The notes below the pieces were generated by a model. The model had not been told where the DNA came from. It saw nothing but the letters and a program-made list of their open reading frames with translations, and searched no databases. From assembly GCA_964512985.1 (NCBI GenBank), contig CAZELI010000004.1:17782-81781 (forward strand): 64,000 bases of DNA, in the 5' to 3' direction. Shown here piece after piece: positions 19,982-30,574 of this stretch. The stretch comes from an uncultured Gammaproteobacteria bacterium (GTDB lineage: Bacteria > Cyanobacteriota > Vampirovibrionia > LMEP-6097). Position 1 is the stretch's first letter; the number at the start of each line of letters is the position of its first letter. The position numbers were made by a program, and so were the translations under genes.

Positions 19982-20974
19982 ATGCAACTTGAGCAACCAC
20001 CACATCTCACAAACCTCCAAGCACAACGCTTTCATAAGCTTATTATTGGTGCGGCGTTGAAGGATTATAAAACGATAGAAGAATATGCTTATCTCTTCAC
20101 TCATGCAGGGGCTGATGCTATAGATATCTCAGCGTTTCCGCATTCTGTCATCTCTGCTAAGAAAGGAATCAGGCAAGCAATTCAAGAAGATCCTAGGCTT
20201 ACTGAACCGCTCATTATGGTTAGTGTCAATATTGGAGAAGATCCACATTTCAGGCGTATAACATTAAACCAAGAGAATTGTACTGAATGTTTAGCTTGTA
20301 TACCGAGTTGTCCATCTCAGGCTTTTGAGGTTATTGAGAATAAGTTTAATTATGATGAGAATCTTTGCTTTGGTTGTTCGGCTTGCCTGCCTACTTGTAG
20401 CTTTGATGCTTTAAGCTTTGTAAGCTGGTCAGCATTTGACTTTCAGTCTTTAGGTGAATTAACAGGGCTTGGAGCTAGTGCAATCGAAATCCATCTTAAT
20501 AATGATCTAGATGCTTTCTCTGAGTTTTATAGAAATATGCATACAATGTTTAAACTAGAATCGTTTTGTATTGGTTCAGGGCAAATGGATACAGAGGAAT
20601 TGAAAGCTGCTGCTAGCAAGATTATTGAAGAAGTAAACCGTAAACATGGCGCAGATCATCCCTTCATTATTCAGTGTGATGGTAGTCCTATGTCAGGTGC
20701 TAGAGACTTGGGTCTAGATATTGATATGCAGAGCATAAACAACGCTGCAATAGTTTTAGAACTAATTAAAACAAGCTATCCGAATAGAAACAATATCTAT
20801 GTCCAATTAGCAGGAGGTATTACGGAAGCTAGTCTAGCAAAGGCTCTTAATCATAATGTACAGGTGCATGGGGTGGCTATAGGTTCTTATGCTCGTAAAA
20901 AACTTTCAGAGATTGATTCTAAAGAAGATCAAATTAAATTAACCAAGGAGATCTTGCCAGCCAGTGTCATTTAA
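19982..20974 (+). CDS. ldpA: LdpA-like 2x[4Fe-4S] protein
   Basis: KLIIGA, MVSVNIGEDPHFR, two CxxCxxCxxxC motifs, AIEIH, DGSPMSG, VQLAGG and GSYAR match LdpA motifs. Confidence 0.85.
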   Translation: MQLEQPPHLTNLQAQRFHKLIIGAALKDYKTIEEYAYLFTHAGADAIDISAFPHSVISAKKGIRQAIQEDPRLTEPLIMVSVNIGEDPHFRRITLNQENCTECLACIPSCPSQAFEVIENKFNYDENLCFGCSACLPTCSFDALSFVSWSAFDFQSLGELTGLGASAIEIHLNNDLDAFSEFYRNMHTMFKLESFCIGSGQMDTEELKAAASKIIEEVNRKHGADHPFIIQCDGSPMSGARDLGLDIDMQSINNAAIVLELIKTSYPNRNNIYVQLAGGITEASLAKALNHNVQVHGVAIGSYARKKLSEIDSKEDQIKLTKEILPASVI

Positions 20975-21869
20975 ACAAGCTCATCTTGAATATATATTAA
21001 AGGATATAACCCAAAATCCTAAGGAGTTTATTGCTATAGTCGGTCCTACTTGTACGGGTAAGACGGATCTTTCCCTTGCTCTAGCTCAAGAATTGCAAGT
21101 TCCGATTATCAATGCTGATAGTCGTTTGATTTATGATGAGATGAATATTGGTACTGCCAAGCCCACTTTACATGAGTTAAACTTGGCTACTCATTACTTA
21201 GTTAATATCAGAAAGCCAAACGAATCCTATTCAGCAGGAGATTACAGAAGAGATTTTGATCAGATTGTTAGTAAGCTAGAACAAACGCCTAAAGCCATAG
21301 TAGTCGGTGGTACTGGATTGTATCTAAGGTCTGCACTAGAGAATCTAGAGATGCCAGCGATTAATAGAGACGAAGCTTTGAGAGGGGAATTAAAGAATAA
21401 AAGTTTAGAAGAGTTGATTTCGATGCTTAATGAACTAGATCCTAAGGCACAAGAACAAATTGATACACAAAACAAAATTAGAATTATTAGAGCTATAGAA
21501 ATTATTCAGCATAGCGGTAAAGCTCTCTTGGATAATAGATCTAAAACTTCTGAAAACCGTTATAGTACGGCTTTCTACGGTTTGAATTTTCATAATAGGG
21601 AAACTCTGTACGATCTGATTAATACAAGGGTCATTAGAATGATTGATCAAGGATTGATAGCAGAAGTTGAATCTTTAATAAAACAATACGGAGTAACTAC
21701 AACTATGCTCGCTACTATTGGTTACAAGGAAATTATTGCTTACCAGCAGGATCAATGTAGTCTTGCTGATGCTATAGCTTTCATACAACAGCGCACACGT
21801 AATTACGCTAAGAGACAATTAACTTGGTTTAGAGCTAACCAAGAAATTCAATGGTTATATCATGATTAA
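20964..21869 (+). CDS. miaA: tRNA dimethylallyltransferase
   Basis: GPTCTGKT, IGTAKP, VGGTGLY, TRNYAKRQLTWF. Confidence 0.97.
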   Translation: MSFKQAHLEYILKDITQNPKEFIAIVGPTCTGKTDLSLALAQELQVPIINADSRLIYDEMNIGTAKPTLHELNLATHYLVNIRKPNESYSAGDYRRDFDQIVSKLEQTPKAIVVGGTGLYLRSALENLEMPAINRDEALRGELKNKSLEELISMLNELDPKAQEQIDTQNKIRIIRAIEIIQHSGKALLDNRSKTSENRYSTAFYGLNFHNRETLYDLINTRVIRMIDQGLIAEVESLIKQYGVTTTMLATIGYKEIIAYQQDQCSLADAIAFIQQRTRNYAKRQLTWFRANQEIQWLYHD

Positions 21870-23146
21870 TTTATAGGATTAGCTCTTCTGCGCGTGCTTC
21901 CACTATTGAGAGCAATCTTTCCTAAATCATTTTCGGACTGGGTTATATAGAGCTGACTATTATGATTACGAGAGAATATGAAGATGTTTTTCTTAGTACC
22001 ATCATAACTAGATTCTACTAGTGAACTGAATCCATAATCACTATATTTATCAAAGCTATAAGCAAAACGTAATTCATGTAAAGGTAGGGGCTTAGAAGCT
22101 CCCCAGTCTATACTAATAGTATTTCCATTAATGAAGACTTTTGTTGCTTGTGGTAATTGATTAAAATAGAAGGCTTCAAGCTCAGCTTTAAGATATAAAT
22201 AATTAGAAATAACATCTATGGTTGGTTTGCCCGCAGATGCTTTACAGTAAATCAGCTCACCATCAGCATTATAGGTCTCTGTTAAATAATTAAACCCATT
22301 ATAATTAAATTTAGTTTTACGTACTACTTCATTGTTGGCATTGATTTCTTCTAGTAAGACAATGGCTTTCATCTGTGGATCGTAATCAAGTCTATGTTTG
22401 CTTACTTGTCCTGATGTGAATGAAGAGTTGAATTTAACTTCGTATTGATTAGGATTAGCGCTTGATTGAACCTTGGCACCTAAAGCTAAGGCACCACCAT
22501 AAAAATTTACAATCTCATTTTTAACATCATTAACTTTGGAACTTGCAGTGAGTGTATAATCATCTGCAATATTAACTGTTTGGCTTATATGATTATTACC
22601 CTTGTTGTCTGCATAGATAAGATTTGCATGATGAGCTTTATCAAATTCAATTCCTGTAAGCCTTCTTTCATGATCTATTTTATGTATTATGCCATCTGCC
22701 AGAGTCAATCCATATTCACGATTAAAAGCCAAGACATAAGTCTGATTTACATGTCCCTCTGCTACTCTGTTTGCTACTTCAAAAATCACCGTACGTCCAT
22801 CTGGAGAAACATCTTTGATCTTAGAGAAATTATCAACTAAGCTTGATTTATAAATATCATAAATATTACCTGTACGGAGGCTCTTCAACTGTAGTACTTG
22901 ATCTTGAGCTACCTTGAGTTCTCTAAAAGCAAATTCTTGATTAGAAGGAGCTTTAGTCCAATTATCAAGATTCAAATTTTTACTTTTGAATTTAACTAAT
23001 TTTTCTATAGAAAGATTTGGATTGTTATAAGTAGGGTTATTAATAGAAGCTATAACTTTAGCCCCTATATTAGTATAAAACAGCAGTAAAACCACCCCAA
23101 TGGCATTAACTCGCCCGCGTAACATACCCGATCCCCCATAACACAA
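21866..23146 (-). CDS. Hypothetical protein; start uncertain
   Basis: Long ORF with no recognised family. Confidence 0.6.
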   Translation of the reverse strand: MCYGGSGMLRGRVNAIGVVLLLFYTNIGAKVIASINNPTYNNPNLSIEKLVKFKSKNLNLDNWTKAPSNQEFAFRELKVAQDQVLQLKSLRTGNIYDIYKSSLVDNFSKIKDVSPDGRTVIFEVANRVAEGHVNQTYVLAFNREYGLTLADGIIHKIDHERRLTGIEFDKAHHANLIYADNKGNNHISQTVNIADDYTLTASSKVNDVKNEIVNFYGGALALGAKVQSSANPNQYEVKFNSSFTSGQVSKHRLDYDPQMKAIVLLEEINANNEVVRKTKFNYNGFNYLTETYNADGELIYCKASAGKPTIDVISNYLYLKAELEAFYFNQLPQATKVFINGNTISIDWGASKPLPLHELRFAYSFDKYSDYGFSSLVESSYDGTKKNIFIFSRNHNSQLYITQSENDLGKIALNSGSTRRRANPIN

Positions 23147-23224
23147 GAGCCTAAAAATAAACTAACCTGCGTTAGAAACTATATGCACGGACTTGGTTAA
23201 GAGATGGTTATAATAATTACAGCT

Positions 23225-24238
23225 ATGCGCATTGCTTTTATTGCTGATGAGATTACGACATTTATTAAAGACCATGATAGTACTTGGGCAATGATGCTGG
23301 CTGCGTTTGCGGCTAGGGATGAGGTGTTTTATGCGCATGCAGCTAGTCTTAAAGTTATAGCTAAGAATCCAGCTGCTGATTTTATTAAAATAGAGCAAGA
23401 GTTTTTTATACATCAAAGCATTTCTAAAATTAATTTATTAGAATTTCCAGGTAATAGAAGAGTTCCTAGCTCAATCAATCTTGATGAATTTGATCTGGTG
23501 TTTATGAGAAAGGATCCTCCAGTAGATATCAACTATCTCAATGCTTGTCAGATATTAATGCTCTGCAAGAAAGCTCTAGTAGTCAATGATCCAGGCAGCA
23601 TTATCAAGTTTAATGAAAAGCTTTCTACTTTAAATTTCCCTGAATTAACTCCTATAACTTTGGTTAGTAGAAGCCGTGAAGAGATTAAAGAGTTTCTTGC
23701 TAGGCATCAGAAGATCGTAATTAAGCCTATTGATCAGATGGGTGGTAGAGGAGTGTTTTCAATAGAGCTGGGTGATGAGAATGTAGATGCTTTGGTAAAT
23801 ACTGCAACTAATCAGGCTAATAATCTTGTAATAGTCCAAAAATACTTACCAGAAATCAAGACTGAAGGTGATAAGCGTATCATTATGATTAATGGTAAGG
23901 CGAGAGGAGCTATGTTAAGAATCCCTCCAGCACATGATTTCAGGGCTAACCTTGCTGCTGGTGGTTCTTATGCTGAATATGATTTAACTTCTAAGGATCT
24001 AGAGATCTGCGCCCAGCTAGAAAAATTCTTGGTGGATAATGGTATATATTTTGCTGGTATTGATTTAATAGGAACTAAGCTCACGGAGATCAATATTACC
24101 TCGCCAACGGGTTTGCATGAAATAAGCCGCACCCAAGGACTTGAGGGCGAGAATAAACTTGAAGCGATACTATTAAGAGAACTTAAGTCGCAATGTCATC
24201 CTGAGGGAGGGCGAAGCCCGACCGTAAGGATCCACTAA
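23225..24238 (+). CDS. gshB: Glutathione synthetase; C-terminal 14 aa supplied by repeat A
   Basis: DST, MRKDPP, NEKL, GDKRI, FRANLAAGG, EINITSPTG. Confidence 0.95.
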   Translation: MRIAFIADEITTFIKDHDSTWAMMLAAFAARDEVFYAHAASLKVIAKNPAADFIKIEQEFFIHQSISKINLLEFPGNRRVPSSINLDEFDLVFMRKDPPVDINYLNACQILMLCKKALVVNDPGSIIKFNEKLSTLNFPELTPITLVSRSREEIKEFLARHQKIVIKPIDQMGGRGVFSIELGDENVDALVNTATNQANNLVIVQKYLPEIKTEGDKRIIMINGKARGAMLRIPPAHDFRANLAAGGSYAEYDLTSKDLEICAQLEKFLVDNGIYFAGIDLIGTKLTEINITSPTGLHEISRTQGLEGENKLEAILLRELKSQCHPEGGRSPTVRIH

Positions 24239-24297
24239 ACAACAGTAGTTAATAGTGGATCCTTACGTCGCAACCTACGGTTGCTCCTCAGGATGAC
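24195..24297. repeat. Palindromic repeat family A, copy 1
   Basis: GTCATCCTGAG-hairpin-GTAAGGATCCACT...AGTGGATCCTTAC-hairpin-CTCAGGATGAC. Confidence 0.92.
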
Positions 24298-24317
24298 GAC
24301 TACATTTCACAATATTT

Positions 24318-26552
24318 TTATAGCACACTAAAGTCACCCATCTCCGATAATATTGAGTGAGCATAGCTAACTAAAGCTTGGCGATTGGCTTTGATCTTTT
24401 CGTCTTGTGCATTGACTAAAACATTATCAAAGAAGTCATTGATAGGTTTAATGATGTTCAGTATCACTGTTGCACTTAATATCGGTTCATATGCAAGGTT
24501 TTGTTGTTGCAAGGCTTGCATTGAATCAATCGCTTCAAGGAATTTAGTTTCATATTCACCTTCAAACAATGCTGTATTAATCTGGCTACGTTCTACTTTA
24601 GATGATTTGCTAGCTATATTAGCGATTCTGTTAACAGCTTCTACAAGTTTACTGTGATCAGCAGGACGTTCTTTAGTAGAGAGTATCAAGTGGATCATCA
24701 TATGAGATTTGTTTAGTTCTACAAGTACATTTGGTCTACTGATTGCAGCCTTATTAACAACTGCATCTTTATGGTATATGTCTAATACAAATGGTAAGCG
24801 AGATTCAATGAATTCTTTCACCTTAGTATTGCAGCCTTCCCAATTAAGCTCTGGAACTTTTACTTCTTTGCGATCTTCGCCTCTGCCACGAATCTTGGTG
24901 ATTATATCTCCATCACCAAATTCTTCTCTTTGTAAGTTCACAACGTAATCTACTAAAGCATCTACATTAATAATCAAATGTCCATGAAGAATAGTTTCTA
25001 ACATGCCATTAGCCTGCCTACGTAATGCAAACGGATCAGCAGAACCGCTTGGTATATTACCCAAAGCAAAAGCACAAACTATGTTATCAAGCTTATCTGC
25101 GACAGCTAGAAGCTTGCCGCCAATGCTAGGTGCTTCTTTATCACCAGAGAATCGTGGTTGATAATGCTCAGCAATGCTTGTTGCAATAATTGGATCTAGT
25201 CCTTCTTTTAGTGCATAAACACCACCTACTTCACCTTGAAGCTCAGTAAACTCAAACACTAGATTGGTAGTCAGGTCAGCTTTACAAAGTAAAGCAGCTT
25301 GGAGAATGGATTCTGCGATTTGATCGTTAAGAATATTGTGAGAACCTTTATGGGGGTTACGTGGGTAAGTTTCTTTAATTTCCTCTAGAAGATATTTAAC
25401 TATTTTTACTAGTCTTTTGGACTTTTGTAACATAGTACCTTTCGTAGAATTGAGCTTCTCTAGTTTAGCTACTCGGTCAGCTAATGTCGTCTTACTGTCC
25501 TCTGTAACGAAGAACTCTGCATCCTTGAATCTTGGTACTATAACTTTCTCGTTACCAGATTTAATATTGGTGCGAGCTTCTTCTCTTGGATTATTACTAA
25601 TAGCTATGAAATACGGTAATAAACGATGTTCGCTTACACCATTAATATCATCAGCTACATAGTTCACTTCTATAGGTATGTATCTTTGATGATGAATCAT
25701 AACTGTCTTGAGTACACAGTCTGGGATCTCTAAAAACTTGTGATCAAAGCTACAAAGAATCGGTGAAGGGTTTTCTGTGATTTGTACTACTTCGTCTAGT
25801 AAGTCATCATCTATAACTATCTTACCGTCTATGGTCTTAGCTAATTTCTCTGCTTCACTAAGAATTTTTTCGCGGCGTTTGACTGGATCGATGTAGCAGC
25901 CTTGTTTTTCAAGTTGAGAAACATATTGTTCCTTAGAATGAATTTCAAATTTCTCTGGACCTAAGAAACGATGTCCATAGCTGATAGAGCCAGCTTTAAG
26001 TCCTTCTATATCAATATCTAATACCTCTCTACCTTTAGCAGAAATTATTAAAGCTGCAATCCATTGCAGTGGGCGCGCGAACTTCAGATCACCATTAGCC
26101 CAGCGCATAAATCTGGTGCCTGTAGTGCTAGCAATAATTAAAGGTATTTTCTCTTCAAGTACAGCCTTAGGTGTCTGACCATGCACTTTCTGTCTAGTAT
26201 GTAAGTAACCATCTTTAAAATACAGATCCTTATCAGTTACATTGTTTTTCTTCGCAAAGCCAAGTGCAGCTTGAGTTAGAGAGCCATCTGTAGCTTTAGC
26301 AATAGTCTCAGGTGGTCCTTTGATTTCTAATTCTTTATCTATGGTATCTAATGGCAAGTCATCTATATAAAAAAACAAACGACGAGGAGTACAGTAAGTC
26401 TCTACTACTAAGTTGCTACTAATGCTGGCATCGCTTAAAGCTTTAGTAAGTCCTTCTTTGATATGATTAGTTATAGAAGTAATCTGACCTGCTGGTAATT
26501 CTTCAGCTCCTATCTCCAAGAAAAATGCACCTATGTTCTCATTAGTCATCAA
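24318..26552 (-). CDS. glyS: Glycine-tRNA ligase beta subunit
   Basis: [35 protein letters not shown]. Confidence 0.97.
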   Translation of the reverse strand: MMTNENIGAFFLEIGAEELPAGQITSITNHIKEGLTKALSDASISSNLVVETYCTPRRLFFYIDDLPLDTIDKELEIKGPPETIAKATDGSLTQAALGFAKKNNVTDKDLYFKDGYLHTRQKVHGQTPKAVLEEKIPLIIASTTGTRFMRWANGDLKFARPLQWIAALIISAKGREVLDIDIEGLKAGSISYGHRFLGPEKFEIHSKEQYVSQLEKQGCYIDPVKRREKILSEAEKLAKTIDGKIVIDDDLLDEVVQITENPSPILCSFDHKFLEIPDCVLKTVMIHHQRYIPIEVNYVADDINGVSEHRLLPYFIAISNNPREEARTNIKSGNEKVIVPRFKDAEFFVTEDSKTTLADRVAKLEKLNSTKGTMLQKSKRLVKIVKYLLEEIKETYPRNPHKGSHNILNDQIAESILQAALLCKADLTTNLVFEFTELQGEVGGVYALKEGLDPIIATSIAEHYQPRFSGDKEAPSIGGKLLAVADKLDNIVCAFALGNIPSGSADPFALRRQANGMLETILHGHLIINVDALVDYVVNLQREEFGDGDIITKIRGRGEDRKEVKVPELNWEGCNTKVKEFIESRLPFVLDIYHKDAVVNKAAISRPNVLVELNKSHMMIHLILSTKERPADHSKLVEAVNRIANIASKSSKVERSQINTALFEGEYETKFLEAIDSMQALQQQNLAYEPILSATVILNIIKPINDFFDNVLVNAQDEKIKANRQALVSYAHSILSEMGDFSVL

Positions 26553-26754
26553 GAAAACAATTCTAACACTAATTAAGTTTTATCAAGCTACAGCTGGATT
26601 TCGCCAGCCTTGCTGTAGATATACTCCTACCTGTTCTCAATATGCATTAGAAGCTTTGGATAAATATGGAATTATCAAAGGATTAGGTTTAAGTTTTAAG
26701 CGAGTGGTTTCTTGTCATCCCTTCGGTAGTTCTGGATATGATCCAGTAGAATGA
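26533..26754 (+). CDS. yidD: Membrane protein insertion efficiency factor
   Basis: [11 protein letters not shown]...[13 protein letters not shown]. Confidence 0.95.
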   Translation: MFSLVIKKTILTLIKFYQATAGFRQPCCRYTPTCSQYALEALDKYGIIKGLGLSFKRVVSCHPFGSSGYDPVE

Positions 26755-26771
26755 GCTAATATATATTCCTG

Positions 26772-27584
26772 ATGAAATTTAAAGCAGCAGTAATTCAACT
26801 CAATTCAGGTATCAACAAGCATGAAAATCTTGTGAAGGTAGAAAAATTCATACTTGAAGCTTGCTCTAATCAGGCTCAGTTTATAGCTCTACCCGAAGTA
26901 TTTAATTTAAGAGGTATTCATGATGAGAGTAGTGAGAATGCTGAGAATATGAATGTTGGAGAAACTATTCAATTACTAAAAAAACTTGCCGGTGAGAATA
27001 AAGTATGGATACTAGCAGGTAGTATGATGATTAAAGCTCCTCAGGGACTGCCTTACAATACTTCTTTACTGGTTTCGCCTGAAGGTGAGATTAATGCTAC
27101 TTATAAAAAAATACACTTGTTTGATATGCTACAAGGAACGACGCAGATACGTGAATCAGATAGAAACCAATCTGGGACTAATTCTCAAGTGGCGACTTTT
27201 AATATTGGAGGACATGATTATAAACTTGGTATGAGTATTTGTTACGACTTGAGATTCCCTGAACTATATCGAGAATATACTAAGGATCGTGTAGAGCTGA
27301 TAACTATTCCAAGTGCTTTCACTCATTACACTGGTCAAGCTCATTGGCAAGTTCTTTGTAGAGCTAGGGCTATAGAAAATCAAGCTTATGTCATTGCTCC
27401 TAATCAATGTGGTAGCGGCGGTACAGTGCGAAGCTATGGACATTCATTGATAATAGATCCTTGGGGAGAGATACTTGCTGAAGCTTCTGGAGATAAGGAA
27501 GAAGTTATTTATGCTGACATAGACCTTACTAGATTGCAAGAAATACGTAGTAAATTGCCAGTACTAGAGCATAGGAAGCTATAA
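26772..27584 (+). CDS. Carbon-nitrogen hydrolase (Nit1 / deaminated glutathione amidase-like)
   Basis: LPE, YKKIHLFD, ICYDLRFPE, RARAIENQ. Confidence 0.92.
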   Translation: MKFKAAVIQLNSGINKHENLVKVEKFILEACSNQAQFIALPEVFNLRGIHDESSENAENMNVGETIQLLKKLAGENKVWILAGSMMIKAPQGLPYNTSLLVSPEGEINATYKKIHLFDMLQGTTQIRESDRNQSGTNSQVATFNIGGHDYKLGMSICYDLRFPELYREYTKDRVELITIPSAFTHYTGQAHWQVLCRARAIENQAYVIAPNQCGSGGTVRSYGHSLIIDPWGEILAEASGDKEEVIYADIDLTRLQEIRSKLPVLEHRKL

Positions 27585-27712
27585 AAAGTGTCCAGTAGAT
27601 CAATTTTTTATTAAATCCTGAATCGAGATGAGAGTGTTCTGCCGCGCCGAAGGCGCGGAACCACAATAAAAATGGAATTTTAGAAATAATTTTATAAAAA
27701 GTGTCCAGTAGA
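27580..27712 (+). repeat. Internally deleted repeat B copy flanked by a 20-bp direct repeat
   Basis: TATAAAAAGTGTCCAGTAGA at 27580-27599 and 27693-27712 around GCGCCGAAGGCGCGGAACC. Confidence 0.8.
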
Positions 27713-27815
27713 GGCCGGGGGCAAAACGGACACTTTTGCTTATCTTAATTCAAAGCTTAAAATAAACTAACTACTCAGGTACATTAACCTTATCGTTATA
27801 GAATCTATAAAGCGC

Positions 27816-28931
27816 ATGGACATATCTGATATTACATATTTAATTTTTATACCGCTTCTTAACTCGATTCATGAATTAACTCAGAGCTTTGGTTTGCAAA
27901 GTTTTGGTTGGTCTATTGTGTTCCTTACTGCTGCAGTCAAACTGATTCTCACTCCCCTCACTTATAAACAAATTAAGAGTACTAGAAAAATGCAGAAGGT
28001 GCAGCCTCTGATGAAAAAACTTCAAGAGGACTTCAAGAAGAAAGAAGAGAAACTTAAAGACGATCCAACTAAGCTCCAAGCAGCGAGAATGGAGTTCCAG
28101 CAGAAGATGATGGGTTTCTATAAAGAAAACGAGATTAATCCGCTTGGTGGCTGTTTACCATTATTGATTCAGATGCCGATATTGATTGGTTTGTTCTGGA
28201 CCTTTTCTGGAGCGCCTTTCAAGGCTAAGCCAATTTACGTGGATGTGAAAGTTGTTTCTCAAGCTGAAGCTCATAAGAAAGAAGTTAAGCCTTGTGGTTG
28301 CGGCGAGATATTCGTAGATGCTCAAGGTAGAAAAGCAAGAATATTGCTTAATGCTAAGAAGGTTACCTTGGTTGAGGGAGAAGAGTTTAAGATTACTGCG
28401 GCTCGTTCTACTGGTGAAGCTGAGTTTAATCCTAAGCAAATTCATTGGAGCTTCTTCAATCAGGCTACTAGTAATGAGTTTGCTAATTTAGTTGTAAACG
28501 AAGATGGCTCTGCAATAGTGAAAGCTGTTAAGGCTGGTGGTACAGCTAAAGTAGAAGCCGATCTACCACAAACACTTAAGAATGATAGTTTCCTTTTCAT
28601 TGATGATTTTGGTGATACTGGAATTTATAATAAGGAAGCTAATAAAATTAATATCGATATTCTAATTCTAGTTGCATTATTTGGATTGAGTATTTGGCTG
28701 TCCACAGCACTGAATTCTCCTAAGCTACCACCACTTAAACCTGGTGAAGTAGAAGATCCACAGACAGCAATGCAAAGAAGCATGTCTACTATGATGCCAA
28801 TCATGATGACAGGCATGATGCTCATTATCCCTCTTCCTGCAGGGGCCTTGCTCTACATGATAGTTTCAGGCTTTATACAAGCTGGACAAACTTACTTTGC
28901 GATGAAGCGATATGACAAGAAGTTAGCTTAA
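27816..28931 (+). CDS. yidC: Membrane protein insertase YidC with an extracytoplasmic insertion
   Basis: LILTPLT.KQ, NPLGGCLPLLIQMPILIGLF, LPAGALLY. Confidence 0.95.
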   Translation: MDISDITYLIFIPLLNSIHELTQSFGLQSFGWSIVFLTAAVKLILTPLTYKQIKSTRKMQKVQPLMKKLQEDFKKKEEKLKDDPTKLQAARMEFQQKMMGFYKENEINPLGGCLPLLIQMPILIGLFWTFSGAPFKAKPIYVDVKVVSQAEAHKKEVKPCGCGEIFVDAQGRKARILLNAKKVTLVEGEEFKITAARSTGEAEFNPKQIHWSFFNQATSNEFANLVVNEDGSAIVKAVKAGGTAKVEADLPQTLKNDSFLFIDDFGDTGIYNKEANKINIDILILVALFGLSIWLSTALNSPKLPPLKPGEVEDPQTAMQRSMSTMMPIMMTGMMLIIPLPAGALLYMIVSGFIQAGQTYFAMKRYDKKLA

Positions 28932-29008
28932 GAGTAATCATTTAAGAAAACGAGTACCCGTAATCCTTACAATTATGAGCATAGGCGTCAATTTAAGCGG
29001 AAAATCTC

Positions 29009-29113
29009 GTCATCCTGAGGAGGAGCCGAAGGCGACGACGTAAGGATCCACTACTACGAATAGTCTATTAGTAAGAGTGGATCCTTACGACCGCTTCGCG
29101 GTCTCAGGATGAC
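29009..29113. repeat. Repeat family A copy 2, nested inside an outer IR (28955-28966 / 29114-29125)
   Basis: Same arms as copy 1; outer TACCCGTAATCC / GGATTACGGGTA. Confidence 0.92.
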
Positions 29114-29131
29114 GGATTACGGGTATCGGTT

Positions 29132-30574
29132 TTAATTGAAGGCTGTTGAAACTGCTCTAAAATGCACCCTATTACCACCAAACAGATGCACTTCAGCACC
29201 TTTATCAGGCATGTCACAAGAGCATTGAATTATACTCCATTGCCCGGCTTGGCGTAATTGGATAATAAAATTATCCTCCGCAATATTATTTACGGTCTGG
29301 AAACTAAGTATAAGAAGATTAGCATAAGCATTCAAAAACTCTAGCGAAGTTTCTTTACCAGTGAATTTATAACAATCAAGTTTAAAAATATTTTTGATAA
29401 TGTCAAGTTCCAGCTTAGGATGATCGTAAATTAATACTGCTGTAGAGCCTTCTCTAAGTAGCTCACGGATTTCATTTATAGGCTTAGACCACTCTATCGC
29501 GCTTTCAATAATCTTGAGCATTTTAGAATTCTTATTGTTGATGTCATTGATTGGCATACCAGGCTTAGGCTGCCATTGATAACCATTAAGTAATTCTATG
29601 CTGCGATAATAAGCATCATAAAGTGCTTTATTGTTTTCGCGTGCTTGATCATTAAGATAGCGACTAGCCTGCAAAGCATCATCTAGATTGGTATTCCAGG
29701 TGACTAGGTTATTACCGGCTTCTATCATTCTCTTCGCCAGTTCTGGATAGCTACCATATTGAGCTAGGGCTTTCATGGTGATCTCATCACTGATAACTAA
29801 TCCTTTAAACCCTAAGCTCGTTCTTAATTCTTCTTGAATAAGCTTGGCTGAAATGCTTGCAGGTAATTCTTGAGAATCATAATCTGTCTTACTTATAAGA
29901 TGTGCTGACATCACTGACTCAGCGCCGCAGTCTATTGCAGCGATAAATGGTTTAAGGTGTTCAAGGTACTCGTTAAGAGTATAGTTCTGTACAGGCAACG
30001 CTAGATGTGAATCTATACTAGTATCACCATGACCAGGGAAATGTTTAACACAGGATTTAATACCATATTCTCTATAAGTTTGAATAATCACTTTAAGCTG
30101 CTCAGAGACTATATTAGGATCAGCTCCCAGGCTGCGGGTGCCAATAATAGGATTAAGTGGATTGGTAGAGAGGTCTGCACAAGGAGCTAAGACTAAGTTA
30201 AACCCAAGTTCAGCAATCTCATTAGCTAAGATACTACTATGGTCTATTAAAGGTTCACGAGCAAACAATAAGCCTTGCTCCCTTCCCATATTAATGCTGG
30301 CTCTGCCTAAGGCTTGCAAGCTGGGTAAGCTAGTATTAATCTTACGTAAGCGTTCCACCTTACCGCCTTCTTGATCGACGGTAATAATTAAATTATCACC
30401 AAGTAAATTCTTAAGTGAATTAATTAATTCTTGAACTTGTGCTTTAGATTCAATATTAGTATCATAGAAAATTACTCCAGCTGGATTAATCTCCCTAAGT
30501 TTCTCTTCTATATCTTTAGTAAGTTTAATCCCCTCAAAACCAATAACAAAGAGCTTTCCAAAGTTAGGGTCCAT
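29132..30574 (-). CDS. nagZ: GH3 beta-N-acetylhexosaminidase
   Basis: VDQEGG, KHFPGHG.T..DSH, ISDEITM. Confidence 0.9.
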   Translation of the reverse strand: MDPNFGKLFVIGFEGIKLTKDIEEKLREINPAGVIFYDTNIESKAQVQELINSLKNLLGDNLIITVDQEGGKVERLRKINTSLPSLQALGRASINMGREQGLLFAREPLIDHSSILANEIAELGFNLVLAPCADLSTNPLNPIIGTRSLGADPNIVSEQLKVIIQTYREYGIKSCVKHFPGHGDTSIDSHLALPVQNYTLNEYLEHLKPFIAAIDCGAESVMSAHLISKTDYDSQELPASISAKLIQEELRTSLGFKGLVISDEITMKALAQYGSYPELAKRMIEAGNNLVTWNTNLDDALQASRYLNDQARENNKALYDAYYRSIELLNGYQWQPKPGMPINDINNKNSKMLKIIESAIEWSKPINEIRELLREGSTAVLIYDHPKLELDIIKNIFKLDCYKFTGKETSLEFLNAYANLLILSFQTVNNIAEDNFIIQLRQAGQWSIIQCSCDMPDKGAEVHLFGGNRVHFRAVSTAFN

